DNA of 64,000 bases, taken from positions 1-64,000 of IMG/VR virus record IMGVR_UViG_3300014205_000187; one strand, written 5' to 3'. Every line of letters begins with the position of its first letter. The first letter of the stretch is position 1. The position numbers were made by a program, and so were the translations under genes. Origin of the DNA: a virus. Taxonomy: Duplodnaviria > Caudoviricetes. This document shows positions 38,436 through 49,092 of this stretch, one piece after another. The notes under the pieces were generated by a model. The model worked only from the letters and a program-made list of their open reading frames with translations, was not told where the DNA came from and made no database searches.

Positions 38436-41199
38436 TGATACCCCTCCACTGTTGAACACTGACTCCGTATAGTTCAGATACTTTTTGTAGGTTTACCTTG
38501 ACGCAGATTCCAAACTCAGGATGATCTTCCAGGAACTCCACAAAAACGGAATCTGCTTGAGTATGATTGTCTTTTAATAGAGCAATGAAGCCATGTTTAT
38601 CAGTGATGGCTGCCGAATCAGAAGATTTAACGTAAGGACGCATAAGCCTATACCATCTTACCATATCGAAGTAGATGAAATTATTGTCATCGATGTCCCA
38701 GATATAAAGAGCACCTTCATGACTCATTTTAGCTCGATGACCTTCTACAATTATCTGGTCAGTGATCTCGAATAAGTGTTTAAGTGTCTGCATATCGTAA
38801 GTTTGCTTGGGGTCTAAAGAACTGTCACTGGCATAAAGAGCGTCAAGCATTTCTATCTTTTTAAGAGGAAACTCCAAGCCATACGAATTGTAGAGTTCGT
38901 TCATCATCATCAGTCCGGCAGCTTTATTTGTACAACTAACTCTTTTTCTAGGCATACTGGAAGGACACGTTTTGTTTATTAGAGTCTCGGCCAAACCTTT
39001 ATCGTTATTGCCCGTTCCGATGATTTCATATACCGTATCAAGATTGTTGGAAGACCATCGTATAAGCAAGGAACCCAAATACCCAGCCCATCTTCTATCC
39101 ATGAGCCATTGTTGTTGTTCAGCCAACTGCATTCGTTCTTCTTCGGATTTTTCAGCCAGGTCTCCCAGAAACTTTCGATTTACAGTTATGATGAAGCTCC
39201 TACTGACTGTAGCTTCATCGTGGTATTGATGCTCTCCAATGAGGCATAGAGGAGTTTCTACTTTGTTCTTATCCAGGGATTCTCCCCCTGATTTTCCTCT
39301 GGTTATCAAACTGCCATCAAATAAGGCTCTCATGATCTCCAGAGTGCGTCGAACCTTGATCTCGTCCAGGTTTCTGAACTCATCTATCACCAAAGGGCAT
39401 ATATTGGAACCTATCAAATACTTTTCGATAGAGAATGCCGAGGAAGCGAATGAATGGACAGTTGAAGCTCCGTAGTGCATCGCTAAAACTTCTTTGGTCA
39501 GCCAGGTTTTTCCTGACTGCGAAAGACCATTAACGACCAAGGCCGGAAATCCGTGGAATCGTTGCCAAAAGAGTCCTTTGATAGCGCATGAAGCAAACCA
39601 TCCAAGAGCAGGCCAGATCAATCGTTCTTCATGACAGGTTGGATAATACTCAGCAAACTTGGATAGATATTCAATGGCTTCGTCTCGTCCTATCATCTGT
39701 TCAATGGCACCCGGTTTGCATACGGTGTCGTCTCCCCCTGTCCACTGATATTCAGGGTGCGGTGTACCTGGCATAAGCAGTGTCGGCACCTTTTTATGGA
39801 CATCCAGCCAGCCATAGTAACTGGACTCTCGAATAGATACATTAGGGCATGTGGCTGCCAGATAACTGATATATTGCGCCCATAGTTTTGGCTGCTCGAT
39901 AGACAGTCCCACAGGCATACCTTTGATGGTTAAGAACTTGTGCCATTGAGAGTGTTTTTCGGTTGAAATCTCTACCAGGGCTGGAGGCTCTCCTTGGGTA
40001 ATTACATCAGCAAGCCATACAGAGGTATTCGTATCAGCTTTGATGAGACGGCCTCGTAATCGAATCACAAAGTTTGCAAACTTGGTAGTTGCTGCATCTG
40101 CTGTGAAATGCGTTTCAAATCCATGACGTTCACAAAAGTCGTAATTCCCTTTATCTTCAGGTTGCGTAGGGTCTATATTCTCAGGAAAAAAGTCGAATCC
40201 TCTCTTTTTACAATAGGTGACTTTTAATCCTGTCCAAAACTTAATTGCCTGCTCAACATCCTCAGCTATAGCAACGTAATCCGTTCTAAGAGACGCCAAG
40301 GTTCCCAGGTCAGCATCGTAAGTAGTGTCGATGTCCGGCGTTCGATCTTCACCATCGCTGAAGAACTTTTGAGTCTCTTTGACCAGGCGTTTACAGGCTT
40401 CTTTGTTTATGCCGTTTTTTCGGACAGTACCAGCGAGTCTGAGGATGATCTCATGCCGTTCGCCTTCTTCCCATATCTCAGTCAGAGCTTTAGTGACAGC
40501 ATAAGCGACTACTCGGGGAACTATATCGGGGTCTGGTTGAAAGCGTTCTTTTAAGGCTTTGAGGGAGTATACAATATCGGTCAGTTTGGTGGCTTTCGCC
40601 ATAACTGGATTGGTGTATTCTCGTTTGATATTTATGGAGCCTGGTAGACGCATAAGACGCCCCAGGTTTACGACTTTGGTATCCCCACCATAATAAAGAG
40701 CTATATCGTATAGAACTCCAGCCAGATCATCTGCGAATTGCTCTTTGTCACCATTGCACTGGTAAGGCTCTTTAAGTTTCCAAAACCCTTGGATACCGTT
40801 TTCTGATGATCTTACCCAACCAGAAACATCTTCCACGGATTTTAGATCGGTGTAGAACTCTTCTCCTGAAAAACCGAGCTTTTTACAAGCATCGATGTCG
40901 CACCATAGAGCGGGGATTTCAACGCAGTTATTTCCGTGGTTGTTGCCTTTTTTCTCACGAATAGTGGCTGTCGAAAATGTTTGTGACCATAAATGGCTTT
41001 GTTCTTCCCACCAGATAGAATCAACCTTCTCAGGGCGTGAGAAGGCTGTTGGATTCAGGTCATATTTATCCTGCCGGGCTTCTGCTGGGTCAGAGCTGGG
41101 TCGTTGACGTAAGATGTATATATAACCATCAGGGTCATCGCCGAACAACCAACGCAAAAACTCGACTGCATGTTGTGCATCAGTCGTAGTTGTCGTCAT
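38416..41199 (-). CDS. primase-helicase (RepB-like primase + PriCT + P-loop domain)
   Basis: LWCDID, SSENGIQGFWKL, RLMRLPGS, EGERH, GLSQSGKT, VIDE. Confidence 0.8.
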   Translation of the reverse strand: MTTTTTDAQHAVEFLRWLFGDDPDGYIYILRQRPSSDPAEARQDKYDLNPTAFSRPEKVDSIWWEEQSHLWSQTFSTATIREKKGNNHGNNCVEIPALWCDIDACKKLGFSGEEFYTDLKSVEDVSGWVRSSENGIQGFWKLKEPYQCNGDKEQFADDLAGVLYDIALYYGGDTKVVNLGRLMRLPGSINIKREYTNPVMAKATKLTDIVYSLKALKERFQPDPDIVPRVVAYAVTKALTEIWEEGERHEIILRLAGTVRKNGINKEACKRLVKETQKFFSDGEDRTPDIDTTYDADLGTLASLRTDYVAIAEDVEQAIKFWTGLKVTYCKKRGFDFFPENIDPTQPEDKGNYDFCERHGFETHFTADAATTKFANFVIRLRGRLIKADTNTSVWLADVITQGEPPALVEISTEKHSQWHKFLTIKGMPVGLSIEQPKLWAQYISYLAATCPNVSIRESSYYGWLDVHKKVPTLLMPGTPHPEYQWTGGDDTVCKPGAIEQMIGRDEAIEYLSKFAEYYPTCHEERLIWPALGWFASCAIKGLFWQRFHGFPALVVNGLSQSGKTWLTKEVLAMHYGASTVHSFASSAFSIEKYLIGSNICPLVIDEFRNLDEIKVRRTLEIMRALFDGSLITRGKSGGESLDKNKVETPLCLIGEHQYHDEATVSRSFIITVNRKFLGDLAEKSEEERMQLAEQQQWLMDRRWAGYLGSLLIRWSSNNLDTVYEIIGTGNNDKGLAETLINKTCPSSMPRKRVSCTNKAAGLMMMNELYNSYGLEFPLKKIEMLDALYASDSSLDPKQTYDMQTLKHLFEITDQIIVEGHRAKMSHEGALYIWDIDDNNFIYFDMVRWYRLMRPYVKSSDSAAITDKHGFIALLKDNHTQADSVFVEFLEDHPEFGICVKVNLQKVSELYGVSVQQWRGINGFQDT

Positions 41200-41343
41200 A
41201 TACTGAGGAATCCTCGTTCTGAATATCGCCAAGTCATTATACTATATGCCTGAGTTATTTGCATAGCAAGTCAAGCGTCTCAGACCCAAAACAGGTAATT
41301 ATACGGGGAAGATTTTTTGAGGAGAGTATGCTATACTTTCCCC

Positions 41344-43941
41344 ATGCTACCTATGTGGGAAAAACAACAAGAAGCTCTCGATTTTGCTATTGATCGGGCT
41401 TCTCAAAAACTTGGCGTATGTCTCTTTATGGAGATGGGTACAGGCAAAGCGATACCCTTAGACACCCCCATGCTTACCCCTATAGGTTGGACTACAATGG
41501 GGCAAGTAAAAGTTGGGGACTATCTTATAGGTAAAAATGGAAAACCTACACAAGTAGAAGGGGTATACCCACAAGGAGAGCAAGACCTTTATAGACTAAC
41601 ATTTTCAGACAGCACTTCAGCTTTGTCCACGTTAGACCATTTATGGGAGGTCAGCACTCCTTTACGAAAATGGAGAAATATGCCTTCTATGGTATTGTCT
41701 ACTAGAGAGATGCTTATCAGAGGCTTAAAACATAAAAATGGAAATCGAAAATATTTCATTCCAATAGTTGAACCTGTGCAGTTTGAAACACGAAAAGTAA
41801 CTCTGGACCCTTACTTATTAGGAGTTCTTTTAGGAGACGGCACTTTACGCAAACATTCAATCGTTTTAAGTAATAGTAACCCTGACATACTTAGTCTTTT
41901 TGCGGCTAAAACTAAAGTTGAAAATGTCTGTTTGAAGTTTGTGCGTAAAGACAGTTATGGTTTAACAGGTATTGAACATTGTAAAAATTCAATACTACAA
42001 AAAATGAGAACGTTAAGTTTATTAGGAGTTCGAGCAAAATCTAAGTTTATTCCAGATGAATATTTATTCAATTCTATCCACGTTCGCACTGAAATACTAA
42101 GAGGTTTATTAGACACTGATGGCTCTGTGGATAGACACTCTGGAAGTACAGTGATGGAGTATACAACAGTATCCCCTCAATTAGCTGAGCAAGTAAAATT
42201 TCTTGTACAGTCTCTTGGAGGTACGGTAGTTCTATCTAAACGATACCCTACGTATACTTACAAAGGTGAAAAAAAAACAGGACAATTATTGTATAGACTA
42301 CGTCTTAAACTTCCAAATACATTAGGCAACTCTAAAACCTTAAAAAAGCAAAATGCAAAACGTACTAAATATCATCCAAGTAGAGCCATTGAATCAATAG
42401 AACCGGCAGGCAAAGGTCTTTGTCAGTGTATTAAAGTTTCTGCTCCTGATGGATTGTTTGTGATAAATGACTGTATAGTAACCCATAATACCAGGGTAGC
42501 GATTCACTGGCTAGAATACCTCATAAAACGTAAACGCGCTCGTTTGGTTTATGTAGCAGCTCCTCTGACCGTTCTTCACGTATGGGTTGAAAACTGGCAT
42601 AAATGGGCTAAAAATCCTGTTGTATTTCTCGATCTGCATGAAACAGGTTCCGCAGGTCTCAAGATGGCGCAGAAATTAGCTGACGAAGGCAATGTAGTTA
42701 TTTGTCTAGTCAACTACGAAGCCTCCTGGCAGATAGGGTATAAATGGATTAAACACACCAGGGGAGATGAGACAGTCCGTATTCTCGAAAAAGTAGAAAC
42801 CTCAATGTCTGATCTTCGCTGGGATGTTGGTATTCTTGATGAGTCTACAGCTATCAAAACACCAGGCTCCAAGGTCTCCAAGTTTTTCAGACGCAAGATG
42901 GCTAAAAAGACTCGTTATAAGATGGTGATGACAGGCACAGCTTATACAAAACGGCCTTTAGATGTGTGGGCGCAAGTTACCTTTGCAACTGGAGATGAAG
43001 TTTTTCCTTCAGCATTTTTACCGTTCAAACTGGATTATTCTATCCCTCATCCTACTATTCGAGGAGCCACTATAGGTTATCGAAACCTAAAAGACATGGT
43101 AAAGAAACTGGCTCAGGTAGCTGTTTTATTGAAGAAAAAAGATGTCCTTGATCTGCCTCCTTTTGTCCATGAAACCAGAGAAATTGAACTCTCTGCCCGA
43201 TCTCGAAAGATATACGATGACTTAAAGGAAGACCAGGTGGCCGAGATCGAAGCTCTTATCGAAGAGTGGGACGCTTATAAAGAAGGCCAGAAATTACTCG
43301 ATTCTCTTGATGAAGATGCTTTAGCTGATGTTGTTATACCTGAGAAACCCAAAATAGTGACAGCGATGCACATTTTCACTTCGATACGAAAGCTCATACA
43401 GATAACCTCTGGTTTTGTGTACCCCGATGTCGATGATGATGAGCCAGAAGTAACTCCGGCTCCCGTGGTGCTCGGTAAAGAAAAACTGGATATAGTCCTG
43501 GACATTTTGGACAATAGAGATAGTCCAACAGTCATAGTTACACAGCTTGACCAGGAAGAAGTAATGCTGGCAGCAGCTATAAAAAAGAAGTTTGGATACA
43601 CTCCAAAAATCTTAAACGGTTCAGTGAAAAAAGCTGAAGCTCGATATAAAATGATTGCGTCTGCGGCTGAAGATCGTGCATTTATCGTTAAAGAATCGGT
43701 AGGTGCAAAGGGTGTTGACATGTGTTTTGCGGACATGATAGTATTCTTCAGCCACACTTACGATACTGAAGATTATGAGCAAATGATGTCTCGTAATCAT
43801 AGGGGTGTTCAAACAAAAAATGTAACCTACATGCACATCCTCTGCAAGAATACCATTGACGTAAAAATCATGCGTTCCCTCGAAAGAGACTTGAATCTGG
43901 CGGCATCCATCGAACGTGATTGGAGGCAGTTATTTGAGTAA
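41344..43941 (+). CDS. SNF2-family helicase with intein
   Basis: EMGTGK|T, VNYE, LDES, MTGT, Q..R.HR. Confidence 0.9.
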   Translation: MLPMWEKQQEALDFAIDRASQKLGVCLFMEMGTGKAIPLDTPMLTPIGWTTMGQVKVGDYLIGKNGKPTQVEGVYPQGEQDLYRLTFSDSTSALSTLDHLWEVSTPLRKWRNMPSMVLSTREMLIRGLKHKNGNRKYFIPIVEPVQFETRKVTLDPYLLGVLLGDGTLRKHSIVLSNSNPDILSLFAAKTKVENVCLKFVRKDSYGLTGIEHCKNSILQKMRTLSLLGVRAKSKFIPDEYLFNSIHVRTEILRGLLDTDGSVDRHSGSTVMEYTTVSPQLAEQVKFLVQSLGGTVVLSKRYPTYTYKGEKKTGQLLYRLRLKLPNTLGNSKTLKKQNAKRTKYHPSRAIESIEPAGKGLCQCIKVSAPDGLFVINDCIVTHNTRVAIHWLEYLIKRKRARLVYVAAPLTVLHVWVENWHKWAKNPVVFLDLHETGSAGLKMAQKLADEGNVVICLVNYEASWQIGYKWIKHTRGDETVRILEKVETSMSDLRWDVGILDESTAIKTPGSKVSKFFRRKMAKKTRYKMVMTGTAYTKRPLDVWAQVTFATGDEVFPSAFLPFKLDYSIPHPTIRGATIGYRNLKDMVKKLAQVAVLLKKKDVLDLPPFVHETREIELSARSRKIYDDLKEDQVAEIEALIEEWDAYKEGQKLLDSLDEDALADVVIPEKPKIVTAMHIFTSIRKLIQITSGFVYPDVDDDEPEVTPAPVVLGKEKLDIVLDILDNRDSPTVIVTQLDQEEVMLAAAIKKKFGYTPKILNGSVKKAEARYKMIASAAEDRAFIVKESVGAKGVDMCFADMIVFFSHTYDTEDYEQMMSRNHRGVQTKNVTYMHILCKNTIDVKIMRSLERDLNLAASIERDWRQLFE
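41449..42489 (+). mobile_element. class 3 intein with LAGLIDADG homing endonuclease (347 aa)
   Basis: Starts AIPLDT, ends VTHN|T; DHLW, CQCIKV; LGVLLGDG and LRGLLDTDG. Confidence 0.92.
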
Positions 43942-44191
43942 TTGTCCTGCCAAAATCACTATCGTTGACAATGATGGCAACGAGTTCGAGTGTCCAGGTA
44001 GAGTTTACTTTAACGGTAAGATTCTATGTGTGCATAATGAACAGAGATTGCTTGTTGACCCTGAGTGGTATTACAAAAAAGACCCTAAACGATTGATGGT
44101 CTATAAAGTGGGAAAGTGGAGTATGTTTAGGATAAAATCGGTTTTTCTGGATAGTAAAGCTGTCCGTAAAACAGGCATAAATACCAGGTGA
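43916..44191 (+). CDS. hypothetical protein
   Basis: ORF; start probably TTG 43934 after GGAGG. Confidence 0.55.
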   Translation: MIGGSYLSNCPAKITIVDNDGNEFECPGRVYFNGKILCVHNEQRLLVDPEWYYKKDPKRLMVYKVGKWSMFRIKSVFLDSKAVRKTGINTR

Positions 44192-44258
44192 CAAGCCTGA
44201 TCTTATGGCCTATAATTTGTAATGGTGGATAATCACCAATAAGGAGGACACGATTAAG

Positions 44259-45272
44259 ATGAGTGAGGACAAGGTGCTGTTGAAACTTCCGTCCGCTCAA
44301 AAGATGGAGCAAATACGCGAGATTCTGGAGGATGATGAAGACTGGCGTTTTGGCCGTCCCAAGATAGACGGAAAAAAACCCAGGTTCGAGCTTCCGGCTC
44401 CTACAAAACAAGACCCGGACGAAGTGGAAATCGCCAAGTCATTCTACGGCGTGGTTCTGCTTGCTCGTAAAAACTTCTACCAGTCCGAAGAGGACAAGGA
44501 GAAGGGTAACGAGCCGAAGGAGAAACGGGCACTTTATATCCTTCGTGCCGGAAAGTATATGCCGGAACTGCTGTACGTCAGCCCGACTGCACTTCGCAAT
44601 TGGAAGTTCTTCGCCAAAGAATGTCGTGATCGAGGCATCGATTACTTCAGCGTTATGTGCGAGTTCGCTGCCGAACAGGTCACAGGCAAAGCCAACGGTT
44701 ATACCTGGTCGAAGCCTACGTTCAAAATCTCTCGAACTTTGACCGAAGATGAACTGGCTCACGTCATGGACATCAGAGAATTGGTTCTCGGTAGAGTCAA
44801 GGAGTATGAGGACAACTCAGAACTCGACAAAGCCGAGGATGAGGCTCTCTCTGTGGACAGAGTTCGCAAGGATGATGAGGACGATCAGGAAACGCATTCC
44901 AAGAAGTCTCGGGGCCACGTTGAGGATGATGACGATACCCCGCCTGCGCCGGTCAAAAAGAAGAAGAAACCGGCTGACGACGAAGACGAGGAAGAAGAGA
45001 AGCCCAAGAAGAAGCGCAAGCCCGTCGAGGATGACGAGGACGAAGAGGAAGAAAAACCCAAAAAGAAGAAAAAGCCCGTAGAGGACGACGAGGACGAGGA
45101 AGAGGAAAAGCCCAAGAAAAAGAAAAAGCCTGTCGAGGATGACGAGGACGAAGAGGAAGAAAAACCCAAAAAGTCCAAAGGCAGGGCTGGCTATCCCGAC
45201 CTCGATGACGACGAGGATGAAGAGCTGACAAAGCCCAAGAAAAAGAGTAAGTCTGTCGAAGACGACGACTGA
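44259..45272 (+). CDS. putative ssDNA-binding protein with charged repeat tail
   Basis: Own promoter, AAGGAGG SD, terminator; globular N-half plus acidic/basic tail; adjacent to DNA polymerase. Function inferred from context. Confidence 0.55.
   Translation: MSEDKVLLKLPSAQKMEQIREILEDDEDWRFGRPKIDGKKPRFELPAPTKQDPDEVEIAKSFYGVVLLARKNFYQSEEDKEKGNEPKEKRALYILRAGKYMPELLYVSPTALRNWKFFAKECRDRGIDYFSVMCEFAAEQVTGKANGYTWSKPTFKISRTLTEDELAHVMDIRELVLGRVKEYEDNSELDKAEDEALSVDRVRKDDEDDQETHSKKSRGHVEDDDDTPPAPVKKKKKPADDEDEEEEKPKKKRKPVEDDEDEEEEKPKKKKKPVEDDEDEEEEKPKKKKKPVEDDEDEEEEKPKKSKGRAGYPDLDDDEDEELTKPKKKSKSVEDDD
44955..45175 (+). repeat. four ~54-bp coding tandem repeats (KKKKKPVEDDEDEEEEKP)
   Basis: Seen in translation; units differ at synonymous positions. 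Confidence 0.9.
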
Positions 45273-45299
45273 TACCCTCGCTCGATTTGAGTTCCGATT

Positions 45300-45340
45300 G
45301 GCCTGGAGTGGTAGTAAAATTATGCTCCAGGCCGCTTTTC
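45300..45340 (+). terminator. intrinsic terminator
   Basis: GGCCTGGAG/CTCCAGGCC stem then TTTT. Confidence 0.7.
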
Positions 45341-45366
45341 ATTCTTATAGATAGGGTTGTTTATTT

Positions 45367-47976
45367 ATGCGTAATCCAGAATGTGATCGATGTTCGTTCG
45401 GCTTAAATAGTCCCAAAGTTCCCAGGCATATATGTTTAATGCCTGCGGTCAAAGATATTCCTGAAGTAGAAGTAGTCCTTGTAGCCGAACAGCCTCCTAT
45501 GCAGGATGACACGTATGGTCGCATATTCTCTGGAAAAGGTCTGACCGAAATACGCACTTTTTTCGATCAGAATAATATACCTACTTATTGCACTTTCGCT
45601 TTGAAATGTGCCCGTCCCAATAAGGACACCAAACCTGAAGGAAAACATGTAAAGGTTTGCGCTCATGGCTACAATTCAGCAACCAAAAAAATCGACCAAG
45701 AAGGGTATTTATCTCAAGAACTCCAGCACGTCAAGCCCAAGCACATTATCACTTTCGGCAGTAACGCCCATTATGGAGCTACAGGTAAAAAGTGCGCGGC
45801 TGAAAAGTTTGGTGGTCGTTACTTTGATGAGCGACTTAACGCATATATCTACCCTACTGTCCATTGGATTCAGACGCTTTATAATCAGCAAGTCAAAGAC
45901 CAGATGTGGGCGCATTTGCGTCAATTCGTGGATTGGATTAACGGAGAAACTGAAGATGTGGGCTTCAGTCCACGAGTCATCGTGGCAGACTCACTCAAGT
46001 CGCTTCGTGCTGTACGAAAAAGAATTAGGGCCGCTGGAGGAGTGGTGGCCGTGGACACGGAAACTGACGGCCTTAATCCATTCCTTGAAAACAAGCATGT
46101 CCGGTCTATTCAGTTTTGTTGGGACCCCGATTTTGGTGGTGTATTCGTTCCTCTTATGGTTGGGGAGAACTGCTATTACACTGACCAGGATAACCCGGCT
46201 GAGTTCTGGACTGAAGAATCCCTCGAAGAAGCTGTAGACATCATCAGAGACATCTTAGCGGAGAGCCAGTGCATCTGGCATAATGGAAAGTTTGATCGAT
46301 TATGGCTGCATGAGTGGGGTAAACGAGAGTTTGATAAACCCATAGAAGCTCCCAACATATACATGGATACGATGCACGTTGCTCATCTTATCAACGAGAA
46401 TCGTATCCTCAAACTCAAAGTGCTCATAACCTCGGAACTTGGTTATCCAACTTACGACATCGCAAACAAACTCACCAAAAATATGGATGAGTTGATACCT
46501 TATGCTGCGCGTGATACCGTGGCAACTCTTTTACTGGCTCAAAAATATGTAGGTATCTTAAAAGATTCTGATAAAAAGAAACTGAGACGACTCTATGCCA
46601 AGCTCATCCGAAAAATGGATGGGCTATTCACTAAGATGGAGCTTCGAGGCTGGCCGGTTCACAAAAAGACTGTAGTGAGACTTCTGGAGGCCATAGACAC
46701 TGAAGTAGAGCGTGTAGAGAAAGAACTCTATGATATTCTGGAAAAAGAGGGCATAGAAGTTCCTGACAAAGCATTCAGCAGTCCTCAAAAGATGGCTCGT
46801 ATTCTCTTCGATGATTTGAAGTATCCGCTCAATCCCGATAAACGAATAGCCTACACTCCTACCAAAACTCGATCTACAAAAAGCGATGCTCTCATCCATC
46901 TCAAAGGAAGACCCTTCGTTGACAAGTTTTTAGAGTGGCGTGGTCTTATGAAAACACGGTCAACGTATGTTGAACCTATGCTGATGTTTGCTGAGAGTCG
47001 AGGTCGAATAAGCACCAGTTATAGACTTACTGGAGCTGTGACAGGTCGCACAGCGTCCGGCAAAGAGAGTCAGGAATCCTCCACCAGCAGCAAAAAAGAT
47101 AAAAGTGGAATGAACCTACAAAATCTCAATTACTCAGTTTATGGGCCTGAAAAACTCTCTGTAAAGCACTGCATACGCGCACGAAAAGGATGGTCAATAG
47201 TCGAGGTAGACCTGTCTCAAATAGAACTTCGTATTACGGGTGAAGTGTCGAAAGACCCTCTTTTCTTACGATCATATCAGGAAGGTAAAGACATTCATGC
47301 GATTCGTGCTATGAGGATTCTCCACTTAGATGAAGATGGTTGGGCTGCGCTTCCTAAAGCAGATCAGAAAAAAGCCAGAGGAAATGCCAAGCCGGTCAAC
47401 TTTGGATTTATATATGGGATGCAGGCTGCCAAGTTCAAAGTATACGCTCTTACCGATTATGGCGTAGACTTTTCTATGGCTGAATGCAATCAAATTAGAA
47501 ACAAGTTTTTTGCTGACCACACCGGCCTGGAGCCGTGGTATGGAAAACAAGAACGTGAAGCTATACGGTTGGGGTATGTGGAGAGTTTATCTGGTCGGCG
47601 GCGACATCTACCGAATATCAAGCTAGACCCTGATACCGGCAGAGAAGCACGAGCCAAATACAATGAAGCAATTCGTATGGCTGTCAATACACCTGTTCAA
47701 GGTTTTGCCAGCGATCTTAAACTAATGAGTCTTATTGAGGTGGACAGCTTTTTAGATGAGGAATGGGGGTATCTGTTTGGCGAGGTTCACGACTCTATTC
47801 TTCTTGAAGTTCGAGATGATAAGGTAGATGAGACAGTAAGAAAAACCCTCAAAGTGATGGAACATCCAAGAATACTGGATGAACTGGGTATCACTCTTAC
47901 CGTGCCGATATGCGCCGAGGCTAAAGTTGGTGTAAGTCTCGCTGAAGCCAAGGAGTATGTTCCCAATGGCTCTTGA
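45367..47976 (+). CDS. polA: family A DNA polymerase with N-terminal UDG-like domain (SPO1-type) and 3'-5' exonuclease
   Basis: CDRC/KC/VC UDG-4-like domain; DTET, HNGKFD, YAARD; DLSQIELR, R..AKPVNFGFIYG, VHDS. Confidence 0.93.
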   Translation: MRNPECDRCSFGLNSPKVPRHICLMPAVKDIPEVEVVLVAEQPPMQDDTYGRIFSGKGLTEIRTFFDQNNIPTYCTFALKCARPNKDTKPEGKHVKVCAHGYNSATKKIDQEGYLSQELQHVKPKHIITFGSNAHYGATGKKCAAEKFGGRYFDERLNAYIYPTVHWIQTLYNQQVKDQMWAHLRQFVDWINGETEDVGFSPRVIVADSLKSLRAVRKRIRAAGGVVAVDTETDGLNPFLENKHVRSIQFCWDPDFGGVFVPLMVGENCYYTDQDNPAEFWTEESLEEAVDIIRDILAESQCIWHNGKFDRLWLHEWGKREFDKPIEAPNIYMDTMHVAHLINENRILKLKVLITSELGYPTYDIANKLTKNMDELIPYAARDTVATLLLAQKYVGILKDSDKKKLRRLYAKLIRKMDGLFTKMELRGWPVHKKTVVRLLEAIDTEVERVEKELYDILEKEGIEVPDKAFSSPQKMARILFDDLKYPLNPDKRIAYTPTKTRSTKSDALIHLKGRPFVDKFLEWRGLMKTRSTYVEPMLMFAESRGRISTSYRLTGAVTGRTASGKESQESSTSSKKDKSGMNLQNLNYSVYGPEKLSVKHCIRARKGWSIVEVDLSQIELRITGEVSKDPLFLRSYQEGKDIHAIRAMRILHLDEDGWAALPKADQKKARGNAKPVNFGFIYGMQAAKFKVYALTDYGVDFSMAECNQIRNKFFADHTGLEPWYGKQEREAIRLGYVESLSGRRRHLPNIKLDPDTGREARAKYNEAIRMAVNTPVQGFASDLKLMSLIEVDSFLDEEWGYLFGEVHDSILLEVRDDKVDETVRKTLKVMEHPRILDELGITLTVPICAEAKVGVSLAEAKEYVPNGS

Positions 47977-48277
47977 AAGCAGCGTTCGCGCCCTTATAAT
48001 AGCCTATCTAAAGCATCTCAAGTATTGCACTTTTGATACTATCTGCGGAAACGAGTTTCAAAAAAGTGTTCCAGACATCCTGGTTTGTTACAAAGGAAGA
48101 TACATAGGGCTGGAACTTAAAGCTCCTGATGGTAGTTTGAGGCCAGGACAAAGAATAAAACTTCGTAGAATACAAAAAGCACAAGGAATAGGTGAAGGAG
48201 TAAGAACTCTTGCCAAAGTCAAAAAAATCATCGCCTGCATCGACGAAGGTAGACCGTGGGAAAACACCATCTACTAA
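47966..48277 (+). CDS. VRR-NUC nuclease
   Basis: VPDILVC..GRYIGLELK...Q. Confidence 0.85.
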   Translation: MALESSVRALIIAYLKHLKYCTFDTICGNEFQKSVPDILVCYKGRYIGLELKAPDGSLRPGQRIKLRRIQKAQGIGEGVRTLAKVKKIIACIDEGRPWENTIY

Positions 48278-49091
48278 AAAAGTTGAGATATTCCATTTAG
48301 GGTATTCCAGAGTAGCTCAGTTTGAAGACTGTCCTAGAGCATTCAAGTATACCTATATAGACGGTCTACGTACTCCTGGAAGTATGGCTATGCGTCGAGG
48401 AAATGCTTACCACGCTGCTCTTGAGTTCCTACTTCAATGGAAGATTGACCATAAGGGTCAGTTATTTCCTCTCGAAAGAGCGGACAAACTAGCCATTCGT
48501 TGTGCCAAAAAAGAAAAGCTCACCGACGCCGAAATCTACCGTGTCATAGATGCTGTTCGTTTTTACCACTCTGAGATGTATGCTCAACATAATCCGCTTT
48601 GTGTAGAAGAGTCTTTCAAGATTGTTCGGGGCGGCATCGAAATCACCGGCAGAATCGACCTTATTCAAGAGATGCATGGTAAACTGTGGGTTATTGACCA
48701 CAAGTTCAGCTACGATAAATGGGCCGAACCCAGAGCCAAATACGGCTGTCAGCCTATCATATATCAGTGGGCTGCTCTCGATTATTTGTGTGATCGATAC
48801 GGTATGGAGTTTGGGGGTTTTGCTTACAACATTATTCGATTATTCCCTTCACCACTTATTCAGGTAATCGAGATCGAAAAAATACCTCAATGGGAATCTG
48901 ATTGGTGGGAAGAACAAATCGAAGCAACAGCCAAAGTTATTCAGGCAGGCTATCTTCCAGCCAGACCAGGAGACAAACAATGTTCCTGGTGCGGTCACAA
49001 AGAACTCTGCCAACCGGCTATATATAAAATAAAGCTCTCAGATCAGGGTGTAGTTGAGAGCACAGACATTATGGATTTTGAGGATTGCTAA
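48210..49091 (+). CDS. PD-(D/E)XK RecB/Cas4-like exonuclease
   Basis: CP, GNAYH, GRID, IDHK, Q..IY, CSWCGHKELC. Confidence 0.85.
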   Translation: MPKSKKSSPASTKVDRGKTPSTKKVEIFHLGYSRVAQFEDCPRAFKYTYIDGLRTPGSMAMRRGNAYHAALEFLLQWKIDHKGQLFPLERADKLAIRCAKKEKLTDAEIYRVIDAVRFYHSEMYAQHNPLCVEESFKIVRGGIEITGRIDLIQEMHGKLWVIDHKFSYDKWAEPRAKYGCQPIIYQWAALDYLCDRYGMEFGGFAYNIIRLFPSPLIQVIEIEKIPQWESDWWEEQIEATAKVIQAGYLPARPGDKQCSWCGHKELCQPAIYKIKLSDQGVVESTDIMDFEDC

Positions 49092-49092
49092 C

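Noticed and set aside
28386-47976. Uracil- or hmU-substituted DNA
   Set aside because: dUTPase and ThyX are intact, the dCMP deaminase is truncated, and no hydroxymethylase is seen
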